The translations under genes and the position numbers were made by a program. A DNA stretch of 62,994 nucleotides, counting the filler, from Nemertoderma westbladi (lineage: Eukaryota; Animalia; Xenacoelomorpha), in assembly GCA_032718475.1 (NCBI GenBank). It is 3 parts of 3 records of this genome, joined end to end, with 100 filler letters (N's around TTAATTAATTAA, not from the genome) between each part and the next. Parts side by side here need not be neighbours in the genome. Positions count along the whole stretch, not along the records: positions 1 to 29,532 come from JAUCBJ010000571.1; 2 more parts are not named here. One strand, given 5' to 3'. How positions within the stretch are numbered: position 1 is the first letter of the stretch; the number at the start of each line of letters is the position of its first letter. Below, in pieces: positions 1 through 13,000 of the stretch. The notes under the pieces were generated by a model. It was not told the origin of the DNA. It did not search any database and saw nothing but the letters and a program-made list of their open reading frames with translations.

Positions 1-254
1 CAACTCTCTCTCTTTCTCTAACAACGCAGTTCCCTCATCCAACTGCCTCTCTAATTCTTTCTGGTCTAGCGCCACCATGTCCAGCTGACATGCCAGATCT
101 ATCTCCAACACCATTCTTGCTTTTGCGGAGGATGTAGCAGACTTATCAGTCGCGACGGACTCCCGTCGCCTCTCTGTCCTGCTAACTTTCCCCCGCTTTC
201 TAGGATTCTCGCTAACCGACGAGACTGGGTATGTTGTTTCGTACACGTCACCGA

Positions 255-805
255 TGTGATGGAAAAGTTGTAATTGATGTTGTCTTTCGTCGTTATGTAT
301 AATAGCACAAGAGTTAGATAAGTTATGTATAATAATAATAGCAATATTGATGACAATAAATTGGTACGACAGTGATGTGACGGCAACAGTGACAGTAAAA
401 CAATGTTCTCCGTCTGCACTGAAACCGGTAACTGGATTAACTGAACTAGTAAATTGGTATGCAGGTTGATAATATACGACACACCAGTATTACTACACTG
501 CTACATTACTGTGGTCCTTTACCTAGTGGATGCTCTCCTTTGCCCCTATTGGCTAACGACCTGTTTCTCACCCTTTCACTCTCCGGGAGTGTTTCCCCTC
601 TGTCGCTAGCCCCCGCTAGCTGCCTTCCCTCTGAGGTGGTTTGACCTCTAACCTCCCTTTGTTCGTGGCTTTGGGGTTTGTACTGTCCCCAATATTGGGA
701 GTGATATGAGATTAGTTACTGCTAATCTCGTATCTCCGGTATATTGCTGAAAATGCCACCTCCCATTTTATGAGGGTAATTGAGGCGGAATTGAATCCGC
801 TCACA
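255..805 (-). mobile_element. Probable 5' LTR of a minus-strand LTR retrotransposon running off the left edge, inserted in the BEL remnant
   Basis: Bounded by TGTGA (255) and TCACA (801-805). BEL gag sequence starts abruptly at 806, and a minus-strand Glu/Arg-rich frame (MVLEIDL...ELERQLDE) exits the window edge. The second LTR is not visible. Confidence 0.4.
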
Positions 806-1630
806 GAAAGTCTTTGGAGAAATGGAGAGAAACTGTAACCACTTTAAACGTATGTTTCCTGTGCTTGTGCGCCAGACACAATAGAAGCAAGTGTTATTTA
901 AGGGACACCTACAAATGTGTTAAGTGTAATGGAAAACATCACTACCTATTGCATCAGAAGGATATAGACCCTCGTGTGGAAATAAAGATTAAATTCACCG
1001 ATTATTCCCCTTATGACATGAGGGGAAGTTCCGAACAGGAGTTCTATACGGACGAGTTCTCTATGGACGAGGAAAGTTGCAATAATGTAGTGGTCTTTAC
1101 AGCCATCACGTATGAGCCACCATTACGCCCAGAACAGTTGATTAACAGTGACATATCATTAAAGACCTCTGACCCAAAATCGCTCGATGTTAGAGAATTC
1201 CCCGTTTTGCAAGTTCGACTACACTGTAACAACCGTAGCGTCATCGTAAACGCCCTGAAGGATTCAGGAAGTTCTGGATCCTTTGTTGATCAAGACCTTG
1301 CAGAGGAGTTATTTAGCAAGGCAGATGGACATCCAATGAAATTAAATCTATCTCGCGTAATGCAAACCTGGCAATCAGTTATACAAACTCGTTATTACAA
1401 AATTTCTTTATCTGACCCCGGTGATATAAATGAAATATGTAAATTAAACAACATCAAGGTGGTTGCGATTAAGAACTTTACCGATAGTCAAGCACCTGTG
1501 TAAAACTGGGACAATGATGACTTTGTGAAACGTAATAACATCCCGTGATATAAACTCGATCGACCCGGAGTTCGATTATTAATTGGCCAGAACGCGCCAG
1601 AGGCCCTGGAAATTTTACAAAAACTCCCTA
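806..1630 (+). pseudogene. BEL/Pao gag-protease remnant
   Basis: CFLCLCARHNRSKC and CVKCNGKHHYLLH zinc knuckles, aspartic protease ALKDSGSSGSF and a downstream LLIG motif after stops. Truncated at both ends. Confidence 0.85.
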
Positions 1631-2281
1631 GTTTGCCTCTGTCTTTTAGAGCAAATCAATGCATAAATGGAAAAAAGGGCAAATAAACAGATACAGTGAG
1701 CGGTCCTCGGTGAAAGGTACACTAGCGCAATCTCGTTTATTGTATCAGACCGGACATCTTGCCTTCATTTTTGCATGGTTTATTAAGGAACAGAAAAGAG
1801 TCAAAATATATAAAAATTGAGAGTGAAAGAACATAATTTACTAAAAGCGCTAACAAATACACAACACACGCACACTACTGAATTTAAAAATTTATATAGA
1901 TTGCAACTTATACCCCTATATATTTGTAGCCTTTTTAATTTGTGCCTTTAATTGAATCAAACATTAAACTAAAATATATGTTACAATATTGATCTGTCTG
2001 TAGCTGGTCAATGAATCTCTCTTAAATTTGTTATTTAGTCGCTGCTCAGTCATTGAACGTTTGAACATGTGCTGCTCGAAGACCCCACAACGTGTCTCAT
2101 GTACTGTATACACAGTAGTGTTACAACTATGTGTAGGTAAGTCAATCTGTCAGTATTAATATTGTATATTACATTTTTTATAATATATTTCACAAAAGAA
2201 AAACCAAAAACAGGGTTATGAGATATTTTTCACGTTTTTGTAAGTGTAAAGTATGCTCAATTTGTAGGCTTTAAAAAACTA

Positions 2282-4364
2282 CCTTAATTTAATGAATAAA
2301 TACGTGAGAAAAAAGACAGTTTTGAGAAGATGAAGCAGTGTTACAAACTAGATGTTGTGAGTTGATAGTGGTTCTACAGAGTGATGCTGGGTTTTAGCAC
2401 TATTAATTTTACTTTTTTTTATTGCAAAATTAGATTCACTGACAAATTCTATGAATAAACTTTGAGAGACATTCCTTAACTATTCTTTGACAACAAATTG
2501 TCTATCTATCTATTTTGAGTAAAAAATGTGAAAATTAAAATGCAAGCCTTAAAAACTGAGTAAGTACTGTTATATTTATTTAAAAATATGAAATTTATTC
2601 AGTAAATGTTTAAATGTGAGACTGCTGTAATCAACTATTTTTTTTAGTAAAAAATAATAAACTTACAGAATATATGTTGAAAACCAAGAATCACCCTACA
2701 GAAAAAATATTAACTTATATACTATTATTAATAGTATATAAGTTCTATATATATACTATTAATTAACTGAAAACAGTATCTAGCACATATCCAACATTTA
2801 ATTTTACATTTTTTTTGGTCAAAGGTAGGATTCACTGACATTGTTCTAGAACTTAATAGAAATTGACATTAAAGACATCAAAGCACTATCTTAAGGTAGG
2901 TGTGACAATGTGTGAAATATATTTCATGTATTATGATCAAGGGAGATATTGTTATGATTATGAAAGCTAGTATGTTTGTTTAGTTAATAAAATAATAATA
3001 AGGTTATGAAGCTGTTTCTCACTTTGCGAGTCATTCCATAATCGATACACAAATAGTATGTTACAACTGTAAATACAAGTGTTAACTACGTATTTGTCCT
3101 GGAATATAAATAATTGACACCCAGGAAGATGTTCTATTTACGCCACCTAGAGAAATGAATAATTTGGCAATTATCAGAGATGAAATACACTCTGCTCCCG
3201 CTGGGCGGCTTTATCCTGAATAAATTGAGAAGCGCCTTCAAAGGGAACCTTTGACTAAAAAAAAATGTGAAATTAAATGTTGCCTATATGCTAGATACTG
3301 TTTTCAGTTAATAAGTTTGTGAATAATTTTAAGTAAATAGTATATAAGTTAATATTGTTTCTATAGGGTGATGTTTGGTTTAAACATATATACTGTAAGA
3401 TTATTATTTTTTACTAAAAAAGATGACAATAAATGAATACAACAGTCTCACATTTATATTTTTACGGAATAAATTTCATGTTTTTGAATAAATATAACAG
3501 TACTTACTCAGTTTTTAAGGCTTACATTTTAATTTTCACATTTTCTTTTTACACAAAATAGATAGATAGAGAGTTTGTTGTCAAATAATAGTTGAGGAAT
3601 GTCTCGCAAAGTTTATTCATGGAATTTTTCAGTGAATCTAATTTTGCAATAAAAAATGTAAAATTAATAGTGCTAAAACCCTGCCTTACTCTGTACAACC
3701 AATATCAACTCATAACATATAGTTTGTAACACTGCTTCATCTACTCAAAACTGTTTTTTCTCAAGTTCAAACATAATTAACCTGTCATTATTGTACTATG
3801 ATTAATATAATTTATACACAAATAGTATGTTACAACTGTAAATAAGTGTTTACTACATATTTGTCCTACGAAATAATTTTTCTAACACACAGGAAGATGT
3901 TCTATTTACACCACCTAGACAAATGAATAATTTGGCAATTATCAGAGATGAAATACACTCTGCTCCCATTGGACGGCTTTATCCTGAATAAATTGAGAAA
4001 CGCCTTCAAAGGGTATGGGAATAGCAAGTATCAAGAAACAGCTTCATAACTTAATTATTATTTTATTAAGTAAACATACTAGCTTTCATAATCACAACAA
4101 TATCTCACTTGATCACAATACATGATATATATTTCACACATTCTCAAGCCTACCTTAAGATAGTTCTTCAATGTCTAGCTCATATTTCTATTAAGTTCTA
4201 GAACAATGCCAGTGAATCTAATTTTGCAATAAAAAAAATGTAAAATTAATAGTGCTAAAGTCCAGCATCACTCTGTAGAACCAATATTAACTCATGACAT
4301 CTAGTTTGTAACACTGCTTCATTTTCTCAAAACTGCTTTTTCTCACTTACTTCATTAATTAAGG
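2282..4364. mobile_element. AT-rich foldback/MITE-like element with nested inverted and direct repeats
   Basis: Ends are CCTTAATT...AATTAAGG. ~2300-2450 is inverted at ~4210-4350 and ~3630-3765; ~2450-2790 at ~3290-3630; ~2820-3020 at ~4030-4225. ~3040-3245 is directly repeated at ~3810-4012. Confidence 0.7.
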
Positions 4365-4834
4365 GGGGGGGGGGGGATACCCCCCATGAACCTTTTTTTA
4401 AAATGGCTGTCAATTAGTGTTAAATGATAATATTGCTATTTTGTTATGGTCAACCACTGTATGGAAGGCCAAATAGCCTTTATAGTAAAATTTGAAAATT
4501 TATAGCCTCCTTCTAGCGGCTGGCGGCGGAATTAAAGATTTCACTAAAATTGCTACTCGTCCCTCAATTTTGGTCCAAATTTCTTAAAACCAACTTTTTT
4601 GGACTCAGCTTGATCGACTCTACAAAAGTTATCTTATATAATTTTTAATTAGCCATTTTTATTTTAATTAATTAAATTAATTAATTAATTATCATATTTT
4701 TAATTAAAATTGGCTAATTAGAAAAAATTGTAATATTTATCAAAATTCCATAAAATAACTTTTAAAGAGCTTCCAAAGCTCGTTCAAATGAGCCATAAGC
4801 CAAGAAAATAGGTTAAAAAATGACGGAGGAGTAG

Positions 4835-6974
4835 TGTTACGGTATATGGCGCTGTATATACATTATTAGCCGATGTACTGTGCGCATTATTAGCCATTAT
4901 GCAGTGCGCATTATTAGCCATTATGCAGTATACATTATTAGCTATTATGCAGTACACATTATTAGCCGTTCTACTGTACACAATATTAGTCATTATGCAG
5001 TATAATTATTTAGATAAGGCATGATAATGCGCGATGACATTTAGATAAGGAAAATAAAACGCCCATATATTTTGAATTCATTCATTTTGTATAGTATGTA
5101 GTCCTACCTATGTAATTTTGTAATAGGATAGTTCCAGGGTAGCAAGTTTCTTGTTGGACCCTGGATATAAGCTTGCTGTTATTAGCCTCGATAGGGCTAG
5201 CATCCAGGAACGCAATCCTAACCATTCAGCAGCCAGGGACATGATCCATTACCATATATGGTAATAATTTGCGATTTGGAAGCCCTGAGGTTCACAATCC
5301 GGCTTCCTTATTGGCCCAGCTGTTCCAGGTTGGTCTGATGGTGGGGCGGATTGGGGAACCAATGAGAGGTATATTGCGTCATCCCTGTTGCATCACCTAT
5401 AAATTGGCTGTATTTCCGGTATGTGCATCTAGTTATCTTAATCTTAATCTCTTAATCTCTAATTCTAGTTTTCTAGTTCTCAGTTGTTACAGCAGTATTA
5501 GTGGCAGTATTGTAGTTTTGTTTCTGGTTAATTGTTAATCTTTCGTCTATCTTTCTGTATTTCTCACTCAATTACTGCAAATTACAACTTTGAATTATGG
5601 TTTCTACTTCGATTATTAATTCCTGTGTGATTTAAGATGTGATAATCCCACGGGATTTCTTTAGACTGTCAGACTTTGCGATTTGCATGCGCCGCTACGG
5701 TAGCTATTCATCTTGATGGAGGGCTAAGGTACCGGTAGGCGGTGGGCGCATCGGGGGGTTAGCGACGAAGGGAGTAGCGGAGAATTCAAAGGCGGGCAAC
5801 GCTGGCGGGGGGTCACCGTTGCGGTCGGGCAATTTGCATTGTGGCGTGCGGACAGCTCGCTGGTACAGTAATTAGGGGGCTGATGATCCAGATTTTGTCT
5901 CTATTTTGTAGTATTAGGGGGGCAGGAATTGGGTTAGTTAGGAAGCCTAGATGTACCCGGGAGAGGCCTGCATGCTTTACAATTGCGAATTGCATGCATT
6001 GCGAATTATTATATTGTGCTGTGTAATTGCGAATTGCGTGCATTGCGAATTATATAATTGCGGATTGTACAATTGCGAATCGCGCATTGCGAGCTGTGAT
6101 TGCTGACGCTGATTGGTGTGTTACTGAAGTGTGCCTAAGATTACGAATGCTTAGATAGGCGCTCTTTTCTCTTTGATTGATTTCTATTTCTTAGTTTACT
6201 GTAAATAATTACTGATTAGGTCAAAGTAATACAGTATTTTAGGCTGTTACTAGTGAAACCCGTTGTGTAATAAATTAGAATTACGCATTCTGGAACTCTT
6301 AGTAATTAGTACGCTGTTACGTATTTGTGACTGTAATTAATTAGTAAAATTAAGAATTAGTACGCAGCATAGCGGAGAGTAGCTAAGGTAATAATTAGAG
6401 TACCGTAAACTATTCACGCTGGGCGGTTATTTGAATTAGCGGGCAATAAGCTAGATCGCAGTATTCAGTACGCAAAACGCATTAGTAATTTGCTGGCCTA
6501 AAGCCAGCCGTAGGCAAGTTTAGTCCCACTATAGGTATTAGCCCTAATAAACACTGTACCGATTTTGATTATTTTAAATATTCTCACATTCACACATTCC
6601 GTTAGGGAAACCCAGTCTTTGCGATTAGAAGGCGTAAGAATATACTCTGAGTGTAGAGCCTCTCACACTCGTCTTAAGTCAGCTTAGGGAGTCAATTCGG
6701 GTTTGTTGTTTTGGTTATTCCCGCGTGGCTCATATATTCGAACAGTTAGCTCTCTATCGAGTAATTGGTAGAGAAAGGAACAAGAAATTAGCAGGAGCCG
6801 TAGAAAATTAGTAAAACATATTAGTGGACGGCAGATTAGCGCCATCTAACGGCAATTAGCAGTTTTGTATTTAGCACCCCCTCACATTAGCAATAATACG
6901 CTCCTGATTGCCCTGTCTAATAAATAGAGCAGTTTTGTGTCTTTATTGGTTAGGCCAGGGTAGTTTGTTTAACA
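4835..6974 (+). repeat. 5' LTR of element 1 (2140 bp)
   Basis: TGTTAC...TTAACA. Matches 24019-26186 with about 8 substitutions and indels of 8, 2 and 34 bp by eye. Contains a ~25-bp tandem array (~4860-5000) and TTGCGAATT repeats (~5983-6090). Confidence 0.97.
5343..5435 (+). promoter_or_regulatory. Putative LTR Pol II promoter
   Basis: GGGGCGG GC box, ATTGG/CCAAT boxes and TATAAA at 5398 in canonical order. Motif evidence only. Confidence 0.5.
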
Positions 6975-7947
6975 GTAAAGCACGTATTTATTGTCTGCTG
7001 TAGGCCTACCGCGTACAGTAGGACATAGAGTATATTCTTTAGGCTGTTAGGTTAGTGTACTGTTTTACTTACTGTACTGCACACAGTGGATGTACGGTAG
7101 TGCGTTTTTACTTATTGCGAATACAGCAGTTCCTTAGGCCTTAGGGCAAGCTGTAATTAGTAAGTTTTTTGAAAATTTTAGCTAGGTTTGCGAGAATTCA
7201 GTTTCGGTCAAAATTATTGTAAAATCTAGAGTTTTGTACCGGTATGTTGGATAACCGCTTAGTTATTTTATACCATCTGGAGATACATGGCAAGACGGAA
7301 CTTCTGAGTTTGGGGTTCGTGTGGGTCTGCGGGTTCGGTTTGCACTCAGCGAAAGGACTGAAACTTTGGACGCGGACGTGGAATCTCACAGCAAACAAGG
7401 TTAGTTGTTCTGTTGGCACCATTGTGTTTGTGGAAGCAGTAAAAAATTATCGGTTGTTTAACTGCGAAGCTGAACTCAATTTATTAGTTAGGATATTTAG
7501 GTTTAGCCGACCATGGTTTTTTTGAATCGCTCGAGTTAGAGAGAGAGTTAGAGAGAGTCGCAGCCCGAGGATGTAGCCACGCGCTAGTGGATACATATAA
7601 TATTTGAAATAAAATTACGTTGATTAGAGCTATATATGCAAAATTAGAATTATTTGGATGGCAAATTCATTCTGAATATTTTGTATTAGATTCAGAAATT
7701 ATTTTGTGTCATACCGGTATTTAATTGCTATAATAGCTATATAATAATATTTTTGTTTAAATATTGTGCTAGTATTTGCTATAACTATACCCCATTAAAT
7801 TCACAATATTGCATTGCGAATTTATTTTGACATTTTGGACAACTAATTATTTGACAAATAATTTAATCGTATTTCGATTAAATTATATATATATATCTCG
7901 AACCTTTTGCGAGATATTTTTGCCGGAAGGCAAACATTATTTAGACT

Positions 7948-8493
7948 ATGAGTGTCTCAGAGAAGGAGGCACTAGAGGACAGCTATGAGACGGCGGCTGG
8001 ACCGCCGACTGACGATAGCGTCAATATTACTGTTGACGACAATGCCGACTATGACGACGCAGCGAGCGACGCTGACGTAAGTGAACAGGAGGACGAGACA
8101 GTAACTAGTGAGGAAGAACAACAACCTCAGGTAATAGTATTAGGATCCCCTACCGCTACTGTAAGGAAGGATTGCACAGCAACCCGGCCAGAGGTGAGTG
8201 ATAGGGAGGGTAGTGTAGCAGAAGCGAGAGCCCGGAGCCCGGTTTCCAGACCTGTGGGTATGGTAAGTGCCGTGGTCCCAACGGCTGTAAGGAGTACCCG
8301 TAGTTCCCGGAATAATCCTTCAAGTCTACCAAGTGTAAGTCAGGTAAGTGAAAGAGAAATAGATATCGCGATAAAGAAGAAACTTCGCGCGCACGCCGGA
8401 CATATAACTCGAACGACGGACAAGGTAAGGAAGATGCTAGCCGACTCAGCGAACATCGAAAGGGAAGGGTTAGTAGAGATTAGAAGAGGATAC
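7948..8493 (+). pseudogene. N-terminal part of element 1 gag, interrupted by a LINE
   Basis: ATG-initiated acidic ORF. Joining 8493 to 13702 restores the frame (...EIRRGY|NSALFKQTEEL...) into the 13777 ORF. Confidence 0.88.
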
Positions 8494-8678
8494 GACTATT
8501 CCCAATTTGTACACAGGATTGTGGTATTTCTACTTTATACTGTACTGTGCTGTCCTAATGCATACTTAGTACTGCTCGCCTGACTAGTGGACTTTTACTC
8601 AGACCGAGAAACTACCCCGGTAGACAGCTTTATCGATATTTTAATCACTCGCTAATATTCCAAATCTCCCCGTCCGGA

Positions 8679-9593
8679 ATGCCCAACTGGAAGGATGTTG
8701 GTGAGGCAATCCTCCGCCGCCTGGACGACCTACACGCAGGCCAAGATGAGCTGCGGAAGGAAATCAGGGAGCTCCGTGAGCTACAGGATGAGTTTAGATA
8801 CGAACTCAAGGAGGCACGTCAGGCAATCGTAACTAATACTGCTCGTATTTCCAATCTAGAGTCTGATAACGCGATCCTTATTAAGCACAATGAGTCATTT
8901 CAACGAAAGAATACCGCGCTCCTAGTAGAAAATGAGGAGTTGCAGGTCTACCAACGCCGTCACAACATCCTGGTCCACAACCTACCGGAGGAGAACAACT
9001 CCGCCAACGAGAGGGCCAGTCTCATCGCAGATGTTCTTACTCCACTTAAATTGTCGATCAACGACGTTGACGTCTTCCACCGATTAGGAAACGCGGTCCG
9101 CCCTCCGAGCTCGGTTAATGGATCTAAACCTCTTAAACCCCGCGCCCGCACCATGATCATCCGGTTCTACGGACACAGTCAGCGCGTCTGCGCTCTCCAG
9201 AATAAAAAGAATCTCGCTAAGCCGATCGCGATCACTGAACACCTTATTGCGAGTCGTGCGCTGCTTGTTAAATCGCTGCGCGCTCTACATCGCGCGGCAC
9301 GAATCCACTCGTTTTATACCCGCAACGGCGTCGTATTTGCCCGCGTCTGCGATGGCGACAAGCCGATGCGTATCGGGACTGATCGAGATGTAAATTGCCT
9401 CTTCCTTCCACCTCCTGCCAGCTCTGCTCCCGTAGATTCGCTACTCGGGAACCCCTCCACTTCCCCGACTGGGCCCACTGTTCCCTCGACCAACACTCCC
9501 GCTCGTCCCATTGTCCCCACCTCCAATGGTCGGATGCCGGGATCCTACTACTCGCCTATAGCTGTGGTCGAAGAAGAGGAGCCCTCCGAGTAG
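8679..9593 (+). CDS. LINE ORF1 (coiled coil + RRM/CTD, transposase_22-like)
   Basis: Heptad-rich N-terminus, RRHNILVHNLPE, DVFHRLG, MIIRF and ITEHL motifs. Confidence 0.88.
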   Translation: MPNWKDVGEAILRRLDDLHAGQDELRKEIRELRELQDEFRYELKEARQAIVTNTARISNLESDNAILIKHNESFQRKNTALLVENEELQVYQRRHNILVHNLPEENNSANERASLIADVLTPLKLSINDVDVFHRLGNAVRPPSSVNGSKPLKPRARTMIIRFYGHSQRVCALQNKKNLAKPIAITEHLIASRALLVKSLRALHRAARIHSFYTRNGVVFARVCDGDKPMRIGTDRDVNCLFLPPPASSAPVDSLLGNPSTSPTGPTVPSTNTPARPIVPTSNGRMPGSYYSPIAVVEEEEPSE

Positions 9594-10018
9594 TTTCCTA
9601 ATTTTCTCGTACCATTAACAAAGATAAAACTATAAAGCTTCATAAACATTTCAGAATGAAAGAAATTCAAATTATTCGGTGACTGGTAGGGAGCCCATAC
9701 CATTTATTTCAGTTTATTTTATGTAAGTTCCCGGTCAAATTATTCTTATTCATAAACTTTACTAATCATATTTCTTGGTTATATTATTTGGTATATCGAA
9801 TTATTAATACATTTCTTTATATCATCTCATTATAACATTTCCTATCATATTTTCATATCATTTTCTTCTTTAATACCGAACCATTTATCAACTTATGATA
9901 TCCACCAAGTAGATTACCTATTATTAAGGTAATAATGTTTATTACCTACCAATCTGCTGGGGAACCTAATCTAAACACCGAAGTCCTCCTAGTCTAGGCA
10001 AGTCCCTGTACAAATTGC

Positions 10019-13000
10019 ATGTCCGGCCAGCGATACAACCCACCCCCTGACCGTGTTGACTGTAATTGTGGTTTCTGTTTTTCTAAATTTTATCATTTTG
10101 ATCTAGTATTCCTCTGTAACTTATGCAATACGCACTACCATCGACAATGTGGTTCATTCTTAGATGCCCAGGATTTTTCAAATAACTCTGGGAACAATCT
10201 AATACATTTTTGTAATTTTTGTTACGCAGGTATATTTCCTTTTTACCCTGTATCTAATGATGACCTTGATATATTCTGTTCTGAAAATAGCGAGGACATT
10301 TCAGATTCTGATTATAAAGCTACTGGCAACATATTTAGTTCTATTAATCCCGATGATAATGTTAATTCAAACTTAATTATTGGCAACTATTACAATGAAG
10401 CAAAATTTAACAACACTTTCACTAGTGAGACTACCAACCCATCTTTCTCTGTCTTTCATTTAAATTGCAGGAGTCTAAATTCAAATTTTACGGCAGTTAC
10501 AGATTTCTTATCAACGCTCAATAACAAATTCGATATTTTGTCATTTTCCGAAACTTTCCTCACTAAGGACCACCCCATTAACAACATATGCATTGATGGT
10601 TATAAGAACCCTGTATGTGACTTCCGGGAGTATGGTAAGCTGACCAGGGGAGGCACAGCGATCTATGTCCGGAGTGAACTGGAGATGGTCGAACGTCCTG
10701 ATCTACACTTTCCTGGTCCGGAAAACTCCTGGGTAGAAATTTCTCGTCCACATCCGAGTAGACCACTAATTATAGGTTGTATCTATCGTCCCGACGAAAT
10801 ATCTTACGACTCATTTGCTACTAAACTAAATGACTCCTTAACAAAACTGGCAGCTACTAAACATGATGTAATTATTACCGGTGATATAAATATAGACCTC
10901 ATAAAGTCAACCAAACCCAATGCCCGAGACTATCTAAATATAATTTCATCTAACGGTTTTACCCAAACAATACAGCAACCAACCCGTATAACTACTCACT
11001 CTAAGACCCTCATTGACCACGTTATTACTAATATCCATTCATCTATTTGCTCCCCGGGTGTCTTCCTAACTGAAACTGGCACATCCGATCATCTAGCAAC
11101 TTTTCTCGTTCTTTCTAACTATTCTACTTTTTTCCGACCTCCGGAGACCAAATATGTGTATGACTATAGCCAATTCGATAAAACCAAATTTCTGAAAGAC
11201 CTGTACAATAAGCAGTGGACTTACAAAACTTCGACTGTACCAGTTTCTGATAAAGACAAATTCGATAACTTCTACTCAGAATTTACGGCTACTTGTACCA
11301 CAAATCTACCACGCAAGGCACTTAATAAAAAGTCAGTCTCTAAAAAACCGTGGTTATCCAATGGTTTACTATTGGCGATCCGCAAAAAGAACTTACTTTA
11401 CGCAAAGTCCGTCAAACACCCAACCACTGAAAATCACAACATCTTTAAATTATACCGTAACAAGCTAACTAGTCTACTTAGGTCTGCCGAGAAACAATAT
11501 TATACTTCGGAGTTTACAAATAATTCAAATAATATGCGCAAAACCTGGAAAACTATTAATAATCTACTTAACCGATCTAGTAAATCTTCTGTTCCAAAAC
11601 GTTTAAATATATCTAACAACGGTTCTAATTATAGTGTGACTTCCTCATCTGATATAGCTAACCACTTTAACGATTTCTTTTCTACCATAGGACCAAAATT
11701 AGCTTCTAAACTGCCAACCACATCACGCAGCCCGACTCGACATATTCAACATTCTAAATCTAACTCTCTTGTACTCACAGAAACTTCCGCTGTAGAGGTA
11801 CACTACAATTTACTTACTTTACGCGACAGTGCTTCATCCAATGACGATTTCCCTGTACACCTTGTTAAATTAGCCGCACCTATTATAGCAACTCATTTAG
11901 CCTACCTAATTAATCTAAGCATAAATCAAGGCCACTTTCCTAATTCTATTAAGGTATCCAAAGTTATCCCAGTTTATAAAGGTGGCGACCCCTTCCTGAC
12001 TACCAACTATAGGCCCATCTCTTTACTTTCAGTATTTCATAAAATCTATGAATCTGTTATATATTCTCAATTAATATCCTATCTGGAAAAATTTAAAATT
12101 ATTTCCCCTAATCAGTTCGGCTTTCGTAAGAAATACACTACGTCCATGGCTGTTATAAACATTGTAGAGTCATTACGTGAAGCTCTTGATAATTACGATT
12201 CTTCTTGTTTACTACTAATTGATTTGAAAAAGGCGTTCGACACGCTTAATTTTTCTATCCTACTTAGCAAAGTACAAATGTACGGTATCCGTGGCACGCC
12301 CTTTTCACTATTTTCTGATTATCTTACCAACCGTAGGCAGTGCGTATCTATAGATAACACTATATCCTCTCTCAGGTCCATTTCATGTGGTATCCCACAA
12401 GGGTCGGTTCTCGGGCCAGTCCTTTTTCTTCTTTATATAAATGACTTACCTAACTGCACATCCTCCCTCGCGACTCTCTTTGCCGATGACACCACTCTCA
12501 TGCGACGACACCGCCATCTGACTCCTCTAATCGACTCCATGAATTACGACGCTAACCTGCTCTATGACTGGCTATGTGACAACCGACTAACGTTAAATAT
12601 TGATAAGACAGAATACTCCATATTTAAAAACTCCAGATTCCAATCTCAATCTCACGGTCTATCCATTAATAGTCAACCAATAAAATTTACATCTGCATTT
12701 AAGTACCTAGGTATAATTATCGACAATAATTTAACATTCCGCAATCACATAAGCTATATTCTTAAAAAGATCTCTAGAACCGGAGGTCTTTTCTATAAAT
12801 TACGTCATATTCTCAGCCCACAGATTTTACGGATGCTCTTTTACTCGTTAATATATCCATACATCTACTATGGTCTCATTGTCTGGGGTGGCACCTACAA
12901 TACCATCACCAAACCTTTGCGAACAAAACTAAATAAAATTCTACGATGTATTACGTTTAGCCACCACCGGTCCTCCGCCTTTCCAATCTACCAACAACTA

